A stretch of DNA of 51,530 bases, the filler included, from Streblomastix strix (Eukaryota): NCBI GenBank assembly GCA_008636045.1. It is 2 parts of 2 records of this genome, joined end to end, with 100 filler letters (N's around TTAATTAATTAA, not from the genome) between each part and the next. Parts side by side here need not be neighbours in the genome. Positions count along the whole stretch, not along the records: positions 25,819 to 51,530 come from SNRW01000194.1; 1 more part is not named here. The stretch is one strand, 5' to 3'. The notes under the pieces were generated by a model, which saw only the letters and a program-made list of their open reading frames with translations, did not search any database and was not told the DNA's origin. Shown here piece by piece: positions 50,001 to 51,530 of the stretch. The position numbers were made by a program, and so were the translations under genes. Position 1 is the first letter of the stretch, and every line of letters starts with the position of its first letter.

Positions 50001-51530
50001 TGGTATTGGATATTAATTATTATATTTCATTCATTCATTCATTTATTTCTATTTATTTATTATATTCAGGTTGATATGTCACTTGCATTTGATGAAATAA
50101 CAAATTAATGCAGTGTAGAGGTTGGTAAAATATATATGGCTCTGGAAAGAATTGTATTCAAATTAGAGTTGGTTTAATAGAAATATGAGAATTTTGTTCC
50201 TCCTGCATCTCAGAAAGTTTAGAATATGACTGAATAATAAGAAAAGAATGAAAAGGGAGATTAATTGAATATATTAGAAAAAGATGAGAAATCTTCTTAA
50301 ACATCAAAAGAAAGAGAACAATAATTATTAATTAATTAATATAAATAATCCAATGACTGGGAAAATGCATTAAGAGAAGCTGAGAAATAAGGAATTGTAG
50401 GGAAGTAATTACCCAATGAAGAGAAAGTGGAATGTTTTACTGTGAGGTGATATATTATATCATTAAATTATATTTTAATATATTTTTATTTATTTATTAA
50501 GTTTGAATCCACTTCGTTCAGCAGCTGAAGATGAAGGAACTAAATTGATTAAATAGATATTATATGCCTTAAGGTAAATATTAATAATTCAATAATTAAA
50601 TAATTATAATATTTATTTTACATATTTAACTATACTTGTTATAACATTCATTAAGATCTTCACTACGAATCGATTCCCAGTCAATAATTGATATGAATAA
50701 CGATATTGATAACAAAATAAAGTAAAATGATCCAAAAACTTTGACTGAAATTCAATAATCGATGGAATTATGCACAGATTTAGAGAAATAGATTGAAAGT
50801 AAGAAACAGATATTATCAAATGCAACTAAAAAAGCTGAGATTCTTCAATAACACCTGAAAAGTAATGGAATTGAGTTGATTGAAGACAATAAAGGCATTA
50901 AAAGTGAAGATTCTGATGATAAGGATAAAAGTAAAGATGAAACACAGAATAAGGAACTTCAAGTTGCTTTCAAAGCTTTTGAAAGGAGTAAATTAATAAT
51001 TGTAAACAAATAGAAAAGAAATGTTCAGTAAAGAACTATACTTAAGAATAATGTAGAATAATAAAGAAAACAATAAAAGAATAAAATTGATTAATTCTTA
51101 AATGAGTGGATTAATTCTAAAGTTAATTTAGATTTGAGGGAAGATTCAAGTATTTAGGCTGCAAGAGTTATTTGTGATCGGTATTAAAAATATATAATAA
51201 GAAAGAAATGAATAAAAAGAAATATTTTTATTTATTTAATTTTACATTTATTTTATTTAATAGATTCTAAAAAAGAGCATAATAATTAGAATAAGAATAA
51301 TAATAGGTTGTATCTGAATGCAAAGCTGCTGGTGTTGCTCCCCCAGAAGGTGGTGATGATGTATGTTATGTATAATATATATAAATATATAATAATTATA
51401 TTAATTAATAATATAGTTGATGATGAGAGAATATATCATGCACCACTCCGATTAAGAATATATAGAAATATATATCTGTGAATGAAGGATGAAAATATCT
51501 AACCAGACTCTGAAACTATATTATTATATA
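47061..51530 (+). CDS. DYNC2H1: Cytoplasmic dynein-2 heavy chain (retrograde IFT motor), N-terminal tail; runs off the window end; contains a frameshift and an in-frame TGA
   Basis: GRLLVIDEDTGMVRVEYNERYVSLLREIRHFSALGVEIP...AVQLKQIATFYNSIHTQVIPSQRAML...FDEIV matches the dynein-2 DHC_N1 segment. Also YQFLLTRPSI...GEREMVL and LHWHHQIYKV. The 5' exons are uncertain. Confidence 0.85.

Overview
This is AT-rich, intron-containing eukaryotic DNA that reads correctly only if TAA/TAG = Gln and TGA is the sole stop. The code, the short GT-AG introns and the gene families point to a protist, most likely an oxymonad such as Streblomastix (taxonomy inferred). The supplied standard-code ORF track is therefore largely uninformative, and all translations here were done by hand. 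Left half (1-25.7 kb): the 5' end of AP-3 beta adaptin, an intronless helical-repeat ORF, a damaged meiotic HORMA/HOP1 gene and two SPRY/B30.2-like genes. It also holds a diverged ~810-bp inverted duplication whose second arm (an AP3B exon-1 copy) is cut by a ~4.9-kb decayed DIRS-type tyrosine-recombinase retrotransposon. Directly after it lies a ~7-kb intronless, decayed Maverick/Polinton-like endogenous virus region with a retroviral-type integrase, a capsid-sized ORF and small ORFs, all in the host code. An artificial N/linker join at 25.7-25.8 kb separates the halves. Right half: a large TmcB-like membrane protein, divergent COG6, a PP1-type phosphatase with very large insertions, an SF-assemblin-like protein, a SMYD methyltransferase and the 5' part of the dynein-2 heavy chain. 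HOP1, COG6 and dynein-2 carry apparent inactivating lesions.
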